From: Vicinamibacterales bacterium
GTDB lineage: Bacteria > Acidobacteriota > Vicinamibacteria > Vicinamibacterales > UBA2999
DNA length: 64,000 nt
Direction of reading: 5' to 3'
Assembly (NCBI GenBank): GCA_035263125.1
Contig: DATFRP010000197.1
Location: forward strand, 17,229 to 81,228
The position numbers and the translations under genes were made by a program. How positions within the stretch are numbered: the first letter of the stretch is position 1; each line of letters begins with the position of its first letter. The notes beneath the pieces are model-generated. The model saw only the letters and a list, made by a program, of their open reading frames with translations, did not search any database and had not been told where the DNA came from. Shown piece by piece: positions 34,883 to 44,707 of this stretch.

Positions 34883-36676
34883 ATGGAGATCAGGCGGGTG
34901 ACGAAGCGGGCTGCGGTGGCTCTAATCCTCTTGGCGGTGGTCCTCTGGAGCGTGCCTGCCCTGGCGCAGGTCTCACTGGCAGGAAACTGGAACCCGTTTC
35001 GGAACCACGAAGACGAACAGGATCGCGGACCGGGACCGGATCTCGGCGACTACCTGGGGATTCCGATCAACAACGCTGCACGATTCTTCGCCGAGAGCTG
35101 GGATGCGTCGCGCCTCACCCTGCAGGAACACCAGTGTCGCGTGCACGTGGCGCCCTACATCTACCATGGCCCTCTTGCCCTGCGCATCTGGGAGGAGAAG
35201 GATCCTGAAACACAGCGCGTGATCGCCATCAGGAACTACATCAGCACCTACGAACAGACGCGCACGATCTGGATGGACGGCCGGCCTCATCCTTCTGAGT
35301 TCGCGCCCCACACGTTCATGGGATTCTCAACCGGCCGCTGGGAGGGCCGACAGCTCGTCGTCACGACCACGCATCTCAAACAGGGATGGCTGCGGCGCAA
35401 CGGTGTGCCGGAGAGCGACCAGACGACGCTCGTCGAGCGATTCATCAGACACGACAGGTACATGACGCACGTCGTCATCATCACTGATCCGGTGTACCTC
35501 GCCGAGCCGATGATCCGTACGACCGATTTCCAGATCGCGACCGACGAGAACACCAACTGGACGTGGCCGTGCGAGTACGTCGAAGAGATCTCGGGCCGCG
35601 CCAAAGGTGAGGTGCCGCACTACCTGCCCGGAGAAAATCCGTTTCTCAAAGAGTTCGTCGATCGGACGCACGTCCCGCCGGTCGCCGCCAAGGGCGGACC
35701 GGAGTCGATCTATCCGGAGTACGCCGAACAGCTGAAGAAGGCTCCTGCCGTGAGCAAAGCGGAGGCGCCCCGCGCGAGTCAGGCGAAAAACCCCGACACC
35801 GGTGGGCTGGAAGTGCTGCCGGTCTCAGGGAACGTCTATCTGCTGGCGGGCGGCGGCAGCAACGTCACCGTGCAGGTCGGTTCGTCGGGCACGATCATGG
35901 TCGATTCGAAGACCGGCGCGCTGACCGACAAGATGCTGGCCGAGATCAAGAAGCTCAATACGTTCACGAACAAGCCGGTGCGCTACGTGCTGAACACGAG
36001 CGCGGATGCCGATCACGTGGGCGGCAACGAGAGCCTCGCGACGGTGCTCGGATCAGCGGCGAGCTGGACGATCATCAACACGCCGGGCGCGACGCAGACC
36101 GCGGTCAACATCTACGCCCACGACAACGTGTCGGCACGCATGAATCAGCTGCCCTCGAGCGCACAGCCGACCGAAACGTTCGTCGGCGATCAGAAGGAGT
36201 TCTATTTCAACGGCGAGCCGGTCTTCATGTATCACATTCCCGCGGCCCACACGGATGGCGACAGCATCGTGTTCTTCCGCCACTCCGATGTCGTCGCCAC
36301 CGGCGACATCATGAGAACCGACAGCTATCCGGTCATCGACCTGCAGAAGGGCGGCAACGTGCAGGGTGTGATCGACGGGCTCAACATGGTGCTCGACCTG
36401 GCGGTACCCGCGCACCACGAAGAAGGTGGCACCTACATCGTGCCGGGGCACGGGCGAATCTGCGACGAGTTCGACGTCGTCGAATATCGCGACATGGTAA
36501 CCATCATCCGCGACCGCATTCAGGCGATGATCGCGAAAAAGATGACCCTCGAGCAGGTAAAGGCCGCGCGGCCTACCCTCGATTACGACTCACGCTACGG
36601 CGCAACAACGGGCGCGTGGACGACCGATATGTTCGTCGAAGCTGTCTATCGGAGTCTGAGCAAGAGCGGCCGTTGA
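34883..36676 (+). CDS. secreted two-domain protein: unknown N-domain plus metallo-beta-lactamase fold with variant metal motif
   Basis: This lies within ORF 34703..36676. ATG 34883 gives a signal peptide ([20 protein letters not shown]). The C-terminal half has MBL landmarks ([25 protein letters not shown]). The canonical HxHxDH motif reads SADADH ([12 protein letters not shown]). Confidence 0.7.
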   Translation: MEIRRVTKRAAVALILLAVVLWSVPALAQVSLAGNWNPFRNHEDEQDRGPGPDLGDYLGIPINNAARFFAESWDASRLTLQEHQCRVHVAPYIYHGPLALRIWEEKDPETQRVIAIRNYISTYEQTRTIWMDGRPHPSEFAPHTFMGFSTGRWEGRQLVVTTTHLKQGWLRRNGVPESDQTTLVERFIRHDRYMTHVVIITDPVYLAEPMIRTTDFQIATDENTNWTWPCEYVEEISGRAKGEVPHYLPGENPFLKEFVDRTHVPPVAAKGGPESIYPEYAEQLKKAPAVSKAEAPRASQAKNPDTGGLEVLPVSGNVYLLAGGGSNVTVQVGSSGTIMVDSKTGALTDKMLAEIKKLNTFTNKPVRYVLNTSADADHVGGNESLATVLGSAASWTIINTPGATQTAVNIYAHDNVSARMNQLPSSAQPTETFVGDQKEFYFNGEPVFMYHIPAAHTDGDSIVFFRHSDVVATGDIMRTDSYPVIDLQKGGNVQGVIDGLNMVLDLAVPAHHEEGGTYIVPGHGRICDEFDVVEYRDMVTIIRDRIQAMIAKKMTLEQVKAARPTLDYDSRYGATTGAWTTDMFVEAVYRSLSKSGR

Positions 36677-36777
36677 AGGGGCAGAGAGCGCGGAGACGAC
36701 GATCAACGCAGAGGTCGCCGAAGCGCAGAGAACGCGGAGGCCTCAGCCACCTCCGCGAGCCGCAGCAGGAGATCAGC

Positions 36778-38421
36778 GTGGCCCTCGCGTATTCGCACGG
36801 CACCTCTTCACGTCCGCTCCTCGGGCAGACGATCGGGGAGAACCTGCGCGAGACCGCCCGGCGTTTTCCGGACGCCGATGCTCTGATCGCCCCGCATCAG
36901 AACGTTCGACTGACGTATTCCCAGTTCGACGCCAGCGTCGATCGGCTCGCCCGCAGCCTCCTGGCGATCGGGATCGAGAAGGGTGATCGGATCGGACTCT
37001 GGAGTCCGAACTGCGCCGAGTGGGTACTGACGGAATACGCGGCGGCGCGCATCGGTGCGATCCTCGTCAACCTCAATCCCGCCTATCGCACGCACGAAAT
37101 CGAATACACGCTGAAACAGTCGCAGTGCCGGCTTCTGCTGGCTGCCACCAGCTACAAGACGAGCAACTACGCGGCGATGATCCATGAGGTTCGAGGCCGC
37201 ATTCCGACGCTCGAACTGGCCGTGTTCTTTGGAACCAAATACTGGACCGACCTGCTGGACTGCGCGGCCGTCGTCAGACGCGAGGCGTTATCGGAGCGCG
37301 AGGCGACGCTCCAGTTCGACGACCCGATCAACATCCAGTACACCAGCGGCACGACAGGATTCCCGAAGGGCGCCACGCTGAGCCATCACAATCTGCTGAA
37401 CAACGGATACTTCATCGGTGAGGGATGCCGTTATACCGAGTCCGATCGCGTCTGCATTCCCGTGCCGTTCTATCACTGCTTCGGCATGGTGCTCGGCAAC
37501 CTCGCCTGTACTTCGCATGGATCGGCGATCGTCATCCCTGCCCCGACGTTCGACCCGACCGCGACACTGCGGACCGTCGAGGCCGAGCGCTGCACGAGCC
37601 TGTATGGCGTGCCGACGATGTTCATCGCCGAACTGGCGCTGCCGGACTTCAATCGCTACGACCTCTCGTCGCTGCGCACCGGCATCATGGCGGGGTCGCC
37701 CTGCCCGATCGAGGTGATGAAGCAATGCGTCTCCGTGATGCACATGAACGAAGTGACGATCTGTTACGGCATGACCGAGACGTCGCCGGTGTCGACGCAG
37801 ACAAGCGTGGACGATCCACTCGACAAGCGAGTCGGCAGCGTCGGCCGCGTGCATCCTCATGTCGAGGTGAAGATCATCGATCCCGATTCCGGACGCACTT
37901 TGCAGCGGAGTGAACCTGGTGAGCTCTGCACTCGCGGCTACTCCGTGATGCTCGGCTACTGGCGTGAGCCGGAGAAGAGCGCGGAGGCGATCGACGCCGG
38001 AGGCTGGATGCATACCGGCGACATGGCGACCATGGACGATCACGGCTACGTCAACATCGTCGGCCGCATCAAGGACATGATCATTCGCGGCGGCGAGAAC
38101 GTGTATCCGCGCGAGATCGAAGAATTTCTCTACACGCACCCCGACATCGTCGACGTGCAGGTGATCGGCGTTCCCGATCTGAAGTACGGCGAAGAGGTCA
38201 TGGCGTGGGTGAAACTGCGCGCCGGCGCGGCGCCGCTCGACGCAGCGGCACTACGGCAGTTCTGTTGCGATCGGATTGCGCATTACAAGATCCCACGCTA
38301 CGTCCACCTCGTCGACGAGTTCCCGATGACGGTCACCGGCAAGGTGCAGAAGTACGTGATGCGCGCAAAAGCGGTGGAACTGCTCGGGCTGCAACAGGCG
38401 GCGAGCGTCGAGACCGCGTAG
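36778..38421 (+). CDS. AMP-binding acyl-CoA synthetase (medium/long-chain fatty-acid-CoA ligase-like)
   Basis: This lies within ORF 36616..38421. GTG 36778 is preceded by AGGAGA 5 nt upstream. Motifs: [47 protein letters not shown], and [10 protein letters not shown]. Confidence 0.85.
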   Translation: MALAYSHGTSSRPLLGQTIGENLRETARRFPDADALIAPHQNVRLTYSQFDASVDRLARSLLAIGIEKGDRIGLWSPNCAEWVLTEYAAARIGAILVNLNPAYRTHEIEYTLKQSQCRLLLAATSYKTSNYAAMIHEVRGRIPTLELAVFFGTKYWTDLLDCAAVVRREALSEREATLQFDDPINIQYTSGTTGFPKGATLSHHNLLNNGYFIGEGCRYTESDRVCIPVPFYHCFGMVLGNLACTSHGSAIVIPAPTFDPTATLRTVEAERCTSLYGVPTMFIAELALPDFNRYDLSSLRTGIMAGSPCPIEVMKQCVSVMHMNEVTICYGMTETSPVSTQTSVDDPLDKRVGSVGRVHPHVEVKIIDPDSGRTLQRSEPGELCTRGYSVMLGYWREPEKSAEAIDAGGWMHTGDMATMDDHGYVNIVGRIKDMIIRGGENVYPREIEEFLYTHPDIVDVQVIGVPDLKYGEEVMAWVKLRAGAAPLDAAALRQFCCDRIAHYKIPRYVHLVDEFPMTVTGKVQKYVMRAKAVELLGLQQAASVETA

Positions 38422-38434
38422 GCGGTCGGAACCT

Positions 38435-38465
38435 GTCTCGCCGTCGCCTTGGCGAAGGCGGAGAC
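38435..38465. terminator. hairpin between convergent genes
   Basis: GTCTC...CGCCTT-ggcg-AAGGCG-GAGAC is a bulged stem. It lies between the stops at 38421(+) and 38470(-). Confidence 0.4.
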
Positions 38466-38469
38466 CCGC

Positions 38470-41121
38470 TTATTCCTGGCGCAACGCGACCAACGGCTCG
38501 ACTTGCGCCGCCCGGCGCGCGGGCACGTATGAGGCGAGCGCGGCCACGGCAGCGAGCAGGCCCAGAACGGCCGCGTACGTCGAGACGTCCCCCGGAGTCA
38601 CACCAAACAGCAGCGTCCCCATCGAGCGCAGCACCAGCCACGCGGCCCCGACACCGATCGCCGCGCCTATCGCCACGAGGCGCAGCCCGCCGCCCACCAC
38701 GGATCCCTTCAACCATCCGAGCGGTGCACCGAGGGCGATGCGAATGCCGATCTCCTTGGTGCGCTCCGCGACCACGAACGTGAGCAGCCCGTAGAGCCCG
38801 AGCGACGCCAGGATCAGCCCGCTCAATGCGAACGCGCCCGAGACCAGCGCGTTGAGCCGTTCGCGCGCGACGCTTTCCGCCAGCGCTCCTTCGAGTGTAC
38901 GGATCTTCGTGACGGCAAGGTTCGAGTCGATGCGCCGGATCGCGGCGACCGAAGCGGCAGCGGTCGCACCTGGCTGACTGGTGCGGACGAAGAGCGTCAT
39001 CCCAAACTCCGGCATCTGGCGATGACTGTAGAAGACGGTCGGCTGGGCGTTGTCCCTGACCGAGCCTTCGCTGACATCGCCGACGACGCCGATGATCGGC
39101 AGATATGGATTGGTGTACTGCATCCACACCTTGACCGAAGCCGCCAGCGGATCGATGTCCTTCAGAAACTGCCTCGCAAACGCCTCGTTCACGATGAAGC
39201 TCTGATTCGGGCTGGCCTCGTCAGCGTCAGTGAACTCCCGCCCTCGAAGAACAGGAATTCGAAGCGTCCGGAAGTAGCCGGGCGTCACCACTCGGATGAG
39301 TGTCACCGGTCGCTCGGGCGGGGGCAGCTCCGGCGTGCCGAGACGATGCCACCAGCTGCCGCCGCGTGGTGGTCCGACGACCGCGAGACTGTTGGCGGCG
39401 GCGGCCGACTCCACACCGGGCAGCGCCCGAATGGCAGCCAGCGTCTGTGCGTAGAACGATGTGCGCTGTTCGGCCTTGTACCGCGCACCGGGGAGCACGA
39501 GTTCCATCGTAAGGACATTCTGCTTGTCGAACCCGCTGTTGGCTCCGTTCAACGCGATGATCGTTCGTACGAGCAGACCGGCGCCGCACAAGAGGATCAC
39601 GGTCATCGCGACCTGGCAGATGACCAGCGCCTGACGGATCCGCGGTGAATGGGTCACAGTGAGGCCGCCGGCACGGATCGACGCGACCATCGACTGACCC
39701 GCAACCAGAATCGCCGGGACAATCCCTACGACAAGGCCGGTCATGACTGACAGACCGAGCGCGTACATCAGCACTCGACGATCGACGTACAGCTCGGGAA
39801 CCCGCAGGAGATCTGCGGGTGCAAATGCCACCAGCGCATCGAGGCTGAGACGCGCCAGCGCCACACCCAGCGCGCCGCCGACGACCGCAAGCAGCAGGCT
39901 CTCGACCAATAGCTGACGAATGATCGCGAGGCGGCCGGCGCCGAGTGCCGTCCGGATCGCAATCTCCCGCCGGCGCGACGCCGAGCGCGCCAGGAGCAGA
40001 TTGGCCACATTGAAGCAGGCGATCGACAGGAGCACACCTACCGCCGCATAGAGCACGATCAGCGATGTCTGCACCTCACCCGTGAGCTCTTCACGAAGCG
40101 GGACGATCGTGACGCTGGAGTTCTTGTTGAATTCGTATGTCGCCGCCAGCCGCGCGCCGATCGCTTCCATTTCGGTTCGCGCCTCGCCAATGGCCACGCC
40201 CGGTTTCAGACGTGCGACCACGTTGACGAATCGCCCCGCCGTCTGCCGCCACGCCTCGTTGCGATCGAGCTGGATCGCACCCCACATGTCGACGTCCTGA
40301 TACAGGAACCGGAAGCCGGGCGGCATGACGCCGACGATTTCGACCGGCACGTCGTTCACGCGGATGATCCGGCCGACCGCCTTCGGGTCGCTGCCGAAGC
40401 GACTCTCCCACAGCCGGTGGCTCAAGACGCTCACAAGGGGCGCTTTCGGCCGATCGTCCTCTGGTGTCAGCGTGCGGCCAAGCAGTGGCTTGACGCCGAG
40501 CGTCGGAAAGAACTCCGCCGACACGACCTGCGAGTTCACCTGCAGCGGATCGCCAACCCCGGTCAGCGTTCCAGAAAACGCGCGGTAGACGGCAAATCCC
40601 CGGAGGGTTCGACTCTCCCGCTGCCAATCGAGCCAGTTGGCCGGCGACACCACATTGCGCATGCGGCGCGCACTGGTGCCGAAGGTGCTGCGTGGGAACG
40701 ATTCGTAGACGGTCACGAGCTGCTCGCCATTCGGGTACGGCAGCGGCCGCAGCAGCAGCTGATCGATGACTGAGAAGATCGCCGTGTTCCCGCCGATACC
40801 GAGCATCAGTGTGAGCACGACGGCAGTCGTGAAGCCAAGGCTCTTCCTGAGCCCGCGGGCCATGTGCCGAATGTCGCGCATGATGTCCTCGACGAGCGGC
40901 ACGCCTTTCACATCGTGGCCGCGTTCCTTCTGGCGGAGCACGCTGCCGAACCGGCGGCGCGCCTCGCGCTGCGCCTCGTCATCGCTCATGCCGGCGCGCA
41001 CGGATTCCCGAGCGAGCGCGTCGATGTGGAACGCCATCTCCCGCGCCATATCGTCATCGCGCCGGCGCCACGTGAAGAGGGCCATGACCCGTCGGATGAA
41101 GCGAGGCATACGAAGGGCCAT
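38470..41121 (-). CDS. ADOP-family duplicated MacB/FtsX-like permease, solitary copy with a divergent prefix
   Basis: 883 aa with two FtsX-type modules (FNVANLLLARSASRRREIAIRTALGAG; ERTKEIGIRIALGA). The prefix (DMAREMAFHIDALARESVRAGMSDDEAQREARRRFGS) has the same helical pattern as the array copies but a different sequence. The start lies 1 nt after the PadR stop. Confidence 0.9.
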   Translation of the reverse strand: MALRMPRFIRRVMALFTWRRRDDDMAREMAFHIDALARESVRAGMSDDEAQREARRRFGSVLRQKERGHDVKGVPLVEDIMRDIRHMARGLRKSLGFTTAVVLTLMLGIGGNTAIFSVIDQLLLRPLPYPNGEQLVTVYESFPRSTFGTSARRMRNVVSPANWLDWQRESRTLRGFAVYRAFSGTLTGVGDPLQVNSQVVSAEFFPTLGVKPLLGRTLTPEDDRPKAPLVSVLSHRLWESRFGSDPKAVGRIIRVNDVPVEIVGVMPPGFRFLYQDVDMWGAIQLDRNEAWRQTAGRFVNVVARLKPGVAIGEARTEMEAIGARLAATYEFNKNSSVTIVPLREELTGEVQTSLIVLYAAVGVLLSIACFNVANLLLARSASRRREIAIRTALGAGRLAIIRQLLVESLLLAVVGGALGVALARLSLDALVAFAPADLLRVPELYVDRRVLMYALGLSVMTGLVVGIVPAILVAGQSMVASIRAGGLTVTHSPRIRQALVICQVAMTVILLCGAGLLVRTIIALNGANSGFDKQNVLTMELVLPGARYKAEQRTSFYAQTLAAIRALPGVESAAAANSLAVVGPPRGGSWWHRLGTPELPPPERPVTLIRVVTPGYFRTLRIPVLRGREFTDADEASPNQSFIVNEAFARQFLKDIDPLAASVKVWMQYTNPYLPIIGVVGDVSEGSVRDNAQPTVFYSHRQMPEFGMTLFVRTSQPGATAAASVAAIRRIDSNLAVTKIRTLEGALAESVARERLNALVSGAFALSGLILASLGLYGLLTFVVAERTKEIGIRIALGAPLGWLKGSVVGGGLRLVAIGAAIGVGAAWLVLRSMGTLLFGVTPGDVSTYAAVLGLLAAVAALASYVPARRAAQVEPLVALRQE

Positions 41122-41122
41122 G

Positions 41123-41467
41123 TCACGCTCCTTGCTCGAGTGCCTTCAGCACCCGGGTCACCGCTTTCGAGAGGCGCAGCCACGCCTCGTGTTCAGCCTG
41201 TGCGGCGGCGCGCCCTTTGCGAGTCAGCGAGTAGAACTTGGCCTTGCGGTTGTTTTCAGTGGCGCGCCACTCGGATTCGATCAGGCCCTGCTCCTCCAGC
41301 CGATACAGCGCCGGATACAACGAGCCCTCCTCAACCTTCAGCACATCGTCCGAGAGTTGATGGAGTCGCGTGGCAATGCCGTAGCCGTGATTGGCGCCCG
41401 TATTCAGGCTCTTCAGGATCAGCAGGTCGAGCGTGCCCTGCAGCAGGTCGAATTGTCGGACCGCCAT
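41123..41467 (-). CDS. PadR-family transcriptional regulator (second copy)
   Basis: 114 aa: LDLLILKSLNTGANHGYGIATRLHQLSDDVLKVEEGSLYPALYRLEEQGLIESEW...KFYSLTRKG. Confidence 0.9.
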   Translation of the reverse strand: MAVRQFDLLQGTLDLLILKSLNTGANHGYGIATRLHQLSDDVLKVEEGSLYPALYRLEEQGLIESEWRATENNRKAKFYSLTRKGRAAAQAEHEAWLRLSKAVTRVLKALEQGA

Positions 41468-41470
41468 TGT

Positions 41471-41493
41471 CTACCCTAGACGATCTAAGGGAG
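41471..41493. promoter_or_regulatory. imperfect palindrome, candidate operator of the second PadR
   Basis: CTACCCTAGA-cga-TCTAAGGGAG lies 4 nt upstream of the ATG at 41467. Its core TAGAcgaTCTA parallels the core AAGAcaaTCTT of the 17714..17738 palindrome. Confidence 0.4.
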
Positions 41494-41511
41494 CAAATGG
41501 TTGGCTAGGGT

Positions 41512-41536
41512 GGGCCGCCTGAAGGCGGCCCCTACG
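41512..41536 (-). repeat. REP-like hairpin
   Basis: GGGCCGCC-tgaa-GGCGGCCC + CTACG. The stem is identical to the copies at 25165 and 26564. Confidence 0.65.
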
Positions 41537-41557
41537 TGGACGGCGGCCGCTACGAAG

Positions 41558-42001
41558 TCAACGCTTCGGCCAGCCGGCTGGCGGGACCCAGGGTCCCCTG
41601 TTCGGCCCGACCTCGTCGGGCCGGCCCGGCGGGAGCACCTTGTCGGTGCGCGCTCGGACGTAGAGATGGATCTGGCCGATCTGCTTGTCGTCGAGCAGCT
41701 TGTCCCACGCCTGCATGCCCTTGTCGGCACGGCCCTCGCGAACGATCTTGAGGAATTGCGCGGAGGTGAGCTTTCCGTTTTGATCGGTGAGGTTGGGCGC
41801 GTTCGGCGTGCCGACGGCGTCGACACCGTGACAGCGATAACAGTACACGTGCCACCACTTCCACCCGTCGTAGATGTCCCTGTAGGTCGACGATCCGTTG
41901 CCCTGCGCGACCAGGACGGTTGGACCTGCGTCTCTGATGACATCGACCGCCGTTGAGAGGAAGACCGTCATGGCCGTCGCGATCATCACGCGGAGGGTCA
42001 C
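41558..42001 (-). CDS. xoxG: c-type cytochrome, XoxG/cytochrome cL-like
   Basis: 147 aa with a signal/anchor sequence and a single CxxCH (CYRCHG). It is the last gene of the PQQ dehydrogenase operon. Its GTG start overlaps the upstream stop (GTGA). Confidence 0.65.
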   Translation of the reverse strand: MTLRVMIATAMTVFLSTAVDVIRDAGPTVLVAQGNGSSTYRDIYDGWKWWHVYCYRCHGVDAVGTPNAPNLTDQNGKLTSAQFLKIVREGRADKGMQAWDKLLDDKQIGQIHLYVRARTDKVLPPGRPDEVGPNRGPWVPPAGWPKR

Positions 42002-42822
42002 TTCGACACTCCCTTTCGCTCGATCAAGGGCACGTTGTACTCCTTCAGGATTTTCATGATGTCTGCACGGCGCGAATCGAGCACTTTCTCCAGTGTCGTC
42101 AGGAGTGCCGTGTTCCCGGGCTTCACGCCCATCGACATGTCGAACGCGAACGGCAAATCACCGGGGGCGGACGGCACCGGTACCATCACTAGCGGCAATT
42201 TCTGGCGCTGCACGTAGTACCCGGCTGCCGGCCCCCATACGATCGCCACATCGACTTTCCCACTCGCCACGGCGTCGATGATCGCGCTCGGCGGGTTCTC
42301 CGCCGAGTAGAACGTGGGGAAGCCGACCAGGTTCCCCACGACTCCCCTCTTCGACAACTCGTGGACGGGCGGAGGGTTCTCGTAGTCGTTGCCCAGGAGG
42401 TGGACGCCGATCTTCACTTTCTTGAGAACCGGATCGTCCAGCGACGTGATCTTCAGCCCCTTGTCTCTTGGATAGACGAAGACGTACGTCGATCTGAAGT
42501 ACGGCTTGGTCGTGCGCACGAGATCGTATTCCTTCGGGACGGCAATGACGACGTCGCATCGCCCTTCCTCGAGCGTGGCGTTCATCGTGTTCCTGATGAA
42601 CCCGCGCCGCTGGCCCCACCAGATGTAGCGCGTGGGCTCGCCGAGCTCCTTCGCCACGAGATCAGCGATCTTGTTTTCGAACCCTTCCTGCTTCTGGTTC
42701 GAGAACGGCATGTTCTCGGGATCGGCGCACACGCGGAATGCAGGCTTGCTAGACGTCTGCGCGAACGCGACGTTCGCGCAGACGATACACGCGACGACCA
42801 GGATCGGACGCGATACGGTCAC
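41998..42822 (-). CDS. xoxJ: periplasmic substrate-binding-fold protein, MxaJ/XoxJ-like
   Basis: This is the in-frame C-terminal 274 codons of track ORF 41998..43725. GTG 42822 overlaps the dehydrogenase stop (GTGA) and gives a signal peptide ([22 protein letters not shown]). The sequence [14 protein letters not shown]...[10 protein letters not shown] is typical of the quinoprotein-dehydrogenase-associated binding protein. Confidence 0.7.
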   Translation of the reverse strand: MTVSRPILVVACIVCANVAFAQTSSKPAFRVCADPENMPFSNQKQEGFENKIADLVAKELGEPTRYIWWGQRRGFIRNTMNATLEEGRCDVVIAVPKEYDLVRTTKPYFRSTYVFVYPRDKGLKITSLDDPVLKKVKIGVHLLGNDYENPPPVHELSKRGVVGNLVGFPTFYSAENPPSAIIDAVASGKVDVAIVWGPAAGYYVQRQKLPLVMVPVPSAPGDLPFAFDMSMGVKPGNTALLTTLEKVLDSRRADIMKILKEYNVPLIERKGVSK

Positions 42823-44597
42823 GGAAGCGCGAACACCGTGAGCACGCCGCCCTGGTTGCTGAAGTTCGCCAGATCCTTGAACGCGCCGATCGCGCCCAGG
42901 CCGGCCGTCGGATCCTCGAGACTCATGTCGGCAGCCACACCAATTCCCGACCATCCACCGACACCAGAGAGCACCGCCACGTACTGCTTCCCATCGGGAC
43001 CGACATACGTCATCGGGTTGCCGATGATCCCCGACGGCGTCTTGAACTTCCACAACAGCTCTCCCGTCTTCGCGTTCAGGGCCTTGAGCCAGCCTTCCAT
43101 CGTCCCGTAGAAGACGACGTCCCCGGCGGTCGAGAGCGCGCCGCCCCAGGCCGAGAGTTCTTCCTTGATGCCCCACACTTTCTTGCCAGCCGTCGGATCC
43201 CACGCGATGAACTCGCCACGGTTGCCACCGGGGCCCGGCTTGCTCACCACGATCGCGCCGACATACGGCTGCCCTGCCTGATACTTCACCTGCACGCCCT
43301 CGTAATCCATGCAGAGGTTGTTCGTGGGCACATAGAAGTAGCCGGTGCGCGGCGAGTAGGACACGGGCTGCTGATTCTTGCCTCCCATCGCCGACGGACA
43401 GATGTCCTTCGTGTTCATCTTCGATGAGGTGCGCTTCTCGGGATTCTCGACCGGCTTGCCGGTCGTGAGGTCGACGCTCTTCGCCCAGTTGACGGCGACG
43501 AACGGGTCGGCCAGCAGCAGCTGACCATTCGTGCGATCGAGCACGTAGGCGAACCCGTTGCGATCGAAGTTCACCAGCGTCTTGCGCATCTGACCCTTGA
43601 TGTTCAGATCGACGAGGACGTTCTCGTTGATGCCGTCGTAGTCCCATGCGTCGTGCGGGGTCTTCTGATACGCCCACGCCGCCTTCCCCGTGTCCGGATT
43701 GCGCGCGAAGATCGTCATCGACCACTTGTTGTCACCGGGGCGCTGATCCGGGTTCCACGAACCCGGGTTGCCGGTGCCGTAGTAGAAGAGATTCAGCTCA
43801 GGGTCGTAGCTGTACCAGCCCCACGTCGTTCCGCCGCCGCGTTTCCATTCCTCGCCCTGCCACGTGTCGACGGACCCCCCGAAGCCGACTTCCGCCTCGG
43901 GGCCGGTGCTGTACATGCGCCAGATCTGTTTGCCGGTGTTGACGTCATTGGCGGTCACGAATCCACGCACGCCGAACTCGCCGCCGGAGATTCCGGATAT
44001 GACCTTGTCTTTGATCACAATCGGTGCGGCGGTCACGGTCTGTCCGACCTTGTAGTCGCCCTGCTTGACCTTCCACAGCTCCTTGCCGGTTGCGGCATCG
44101 AGCGCGACGGTCGTCGTATCGAGCTGGTTCATGAAGATCTTCCCGTCGGCGAACGCCAGTCCGCGATTCACCGTATCGCAGCACGCAATCGGAATGACCT
44201 TCGGGTCCTGCTTCGGCACGTACTTCCACTTCACGGGCGCGCCTTCCTTCGTCAGGTCGAGCGCATACACGATGTTGGGGAACGGTGTGTGCACGTACAT
44301 CGTGCTGCCCACGACGAGCGGTCCACCTTCGTGGCCGCGGAGGACGCCGGTCGAGAACGACCATGCGACCTTGAGATTCTTCACATTGCTCGTGTTGATC
44401 TCGCTCACCGCGCTGTAGCGCGTCGACGCCGGGTTCTTGTTCTGCGATGTCCACTGTTTGTCGGCGTCCGTTGCGGGCGCCGCGGTCGCGGGTGCGGCAC
44501 CGCCCGCGGTAGGCGCCTCGGCGACAGGCGTCGTGTTGCAGGCTCCGACCAATGCCGCAGATGCGACAACCATGAACAGCCGCGAGGGTCTCTTCAT
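42819..44597 (-). CDS. xoxF: PQQ-dependent methanol/ethanol-family dehydrogenase, lanthanide-type (XoxF-like), lipoprotein
   Basis: 592 aa. It aligns well by eye with MxaF/XoxF: [22 protein letters not shown], vicinal Cys [37 protein letters not shown], and [16 protein letters not shown] (not WDYAG/WDFAG) carries the extra Asp that marks lanthanide enzymes. The lipobox is ALVGAC. Confidence 0.85.
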   Translation of the reverse strand: MKRPSRLFMVVASAALVGACNTTPVAEAPTAGGAAPATAAPATDADKQWTSQNKNPASTRYSAVSEINTSNVKNLKVAWSFSTGVLRGHEGGPLVVGSTMYVHTPFPNIVYALDLTKEGAPVKWKYVPKQDPKVIPIACCDTVNRGLAFADGKIFMNQLDTTTVALDAATGKELWKVKQGDYKVGQTVTAAPIVIKDKVISGISGGEFGVRGFVTANDVNTGKQIWRMYSTGPEAEVGFGGSVDTWQGEEWKRGGGTTWGWYSYDPELNLFYYGTGNPGSWNPDQRPGDNKWSMTIFARNPDTGKAAWAYQKTPHDAWDYDGINENVLVDLNIKGQMRKTLVNFDRNGFAYVLDRTNGQLLLADPFVAVNWAKSVDLTTGKPVENPEKRTSSKMNTKDICPSAMGGKNQQPVSYSPRTGYFYVPTNNLCMDYEGVQVKYQAGQPYVGAIVVSKPGPGGNRGEFIAWDPTAGKKVWGIKEELSAWGGALSTAGDVVFYGTMEGWLKALNAKTGELLWKFKTPSGIIGNPMTYVGPDGKQYVAVLSGVGGWSGIGVAADMSLEDPTAGLGAIGAFKDLANFSNQGGVLTVFALP

Positions 44598-44613
44598 ATG
44601 ACGCTCCTGTGTA

Positions 44614-44638
44614 CGTAGTGTCCGGCTTCAGCCGGACG
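44614..44638 (+). repeat. REP-like hairpin
   Basis: CGTAG + (T)GTCCGGC-ttca-GCCGGAC(G). It lies between the hydrolase stop and the xoxF start. A degenerate second copy follows, around 44641..44670. Confidence 0.55.
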
Positions 44639-44707
44639 AGGTCCTAGTGTCCGGCTTGCTTGGCCGCCGTCGCGCACACACGCGAAGGCGGCAGCCGGAC
44701 CGTGTAG

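Noticed and set aside
41998-43725. The 575-aa track ORF taken as one gene.
   Set aside because: Its N-terminal roughly 300 aa overlap xoxF out of frame and are Arg/Gly-rich. A GTG at 42822 overlaps the xoxF stop and produces a proper signal peptide, so only 41998..42822 is called.
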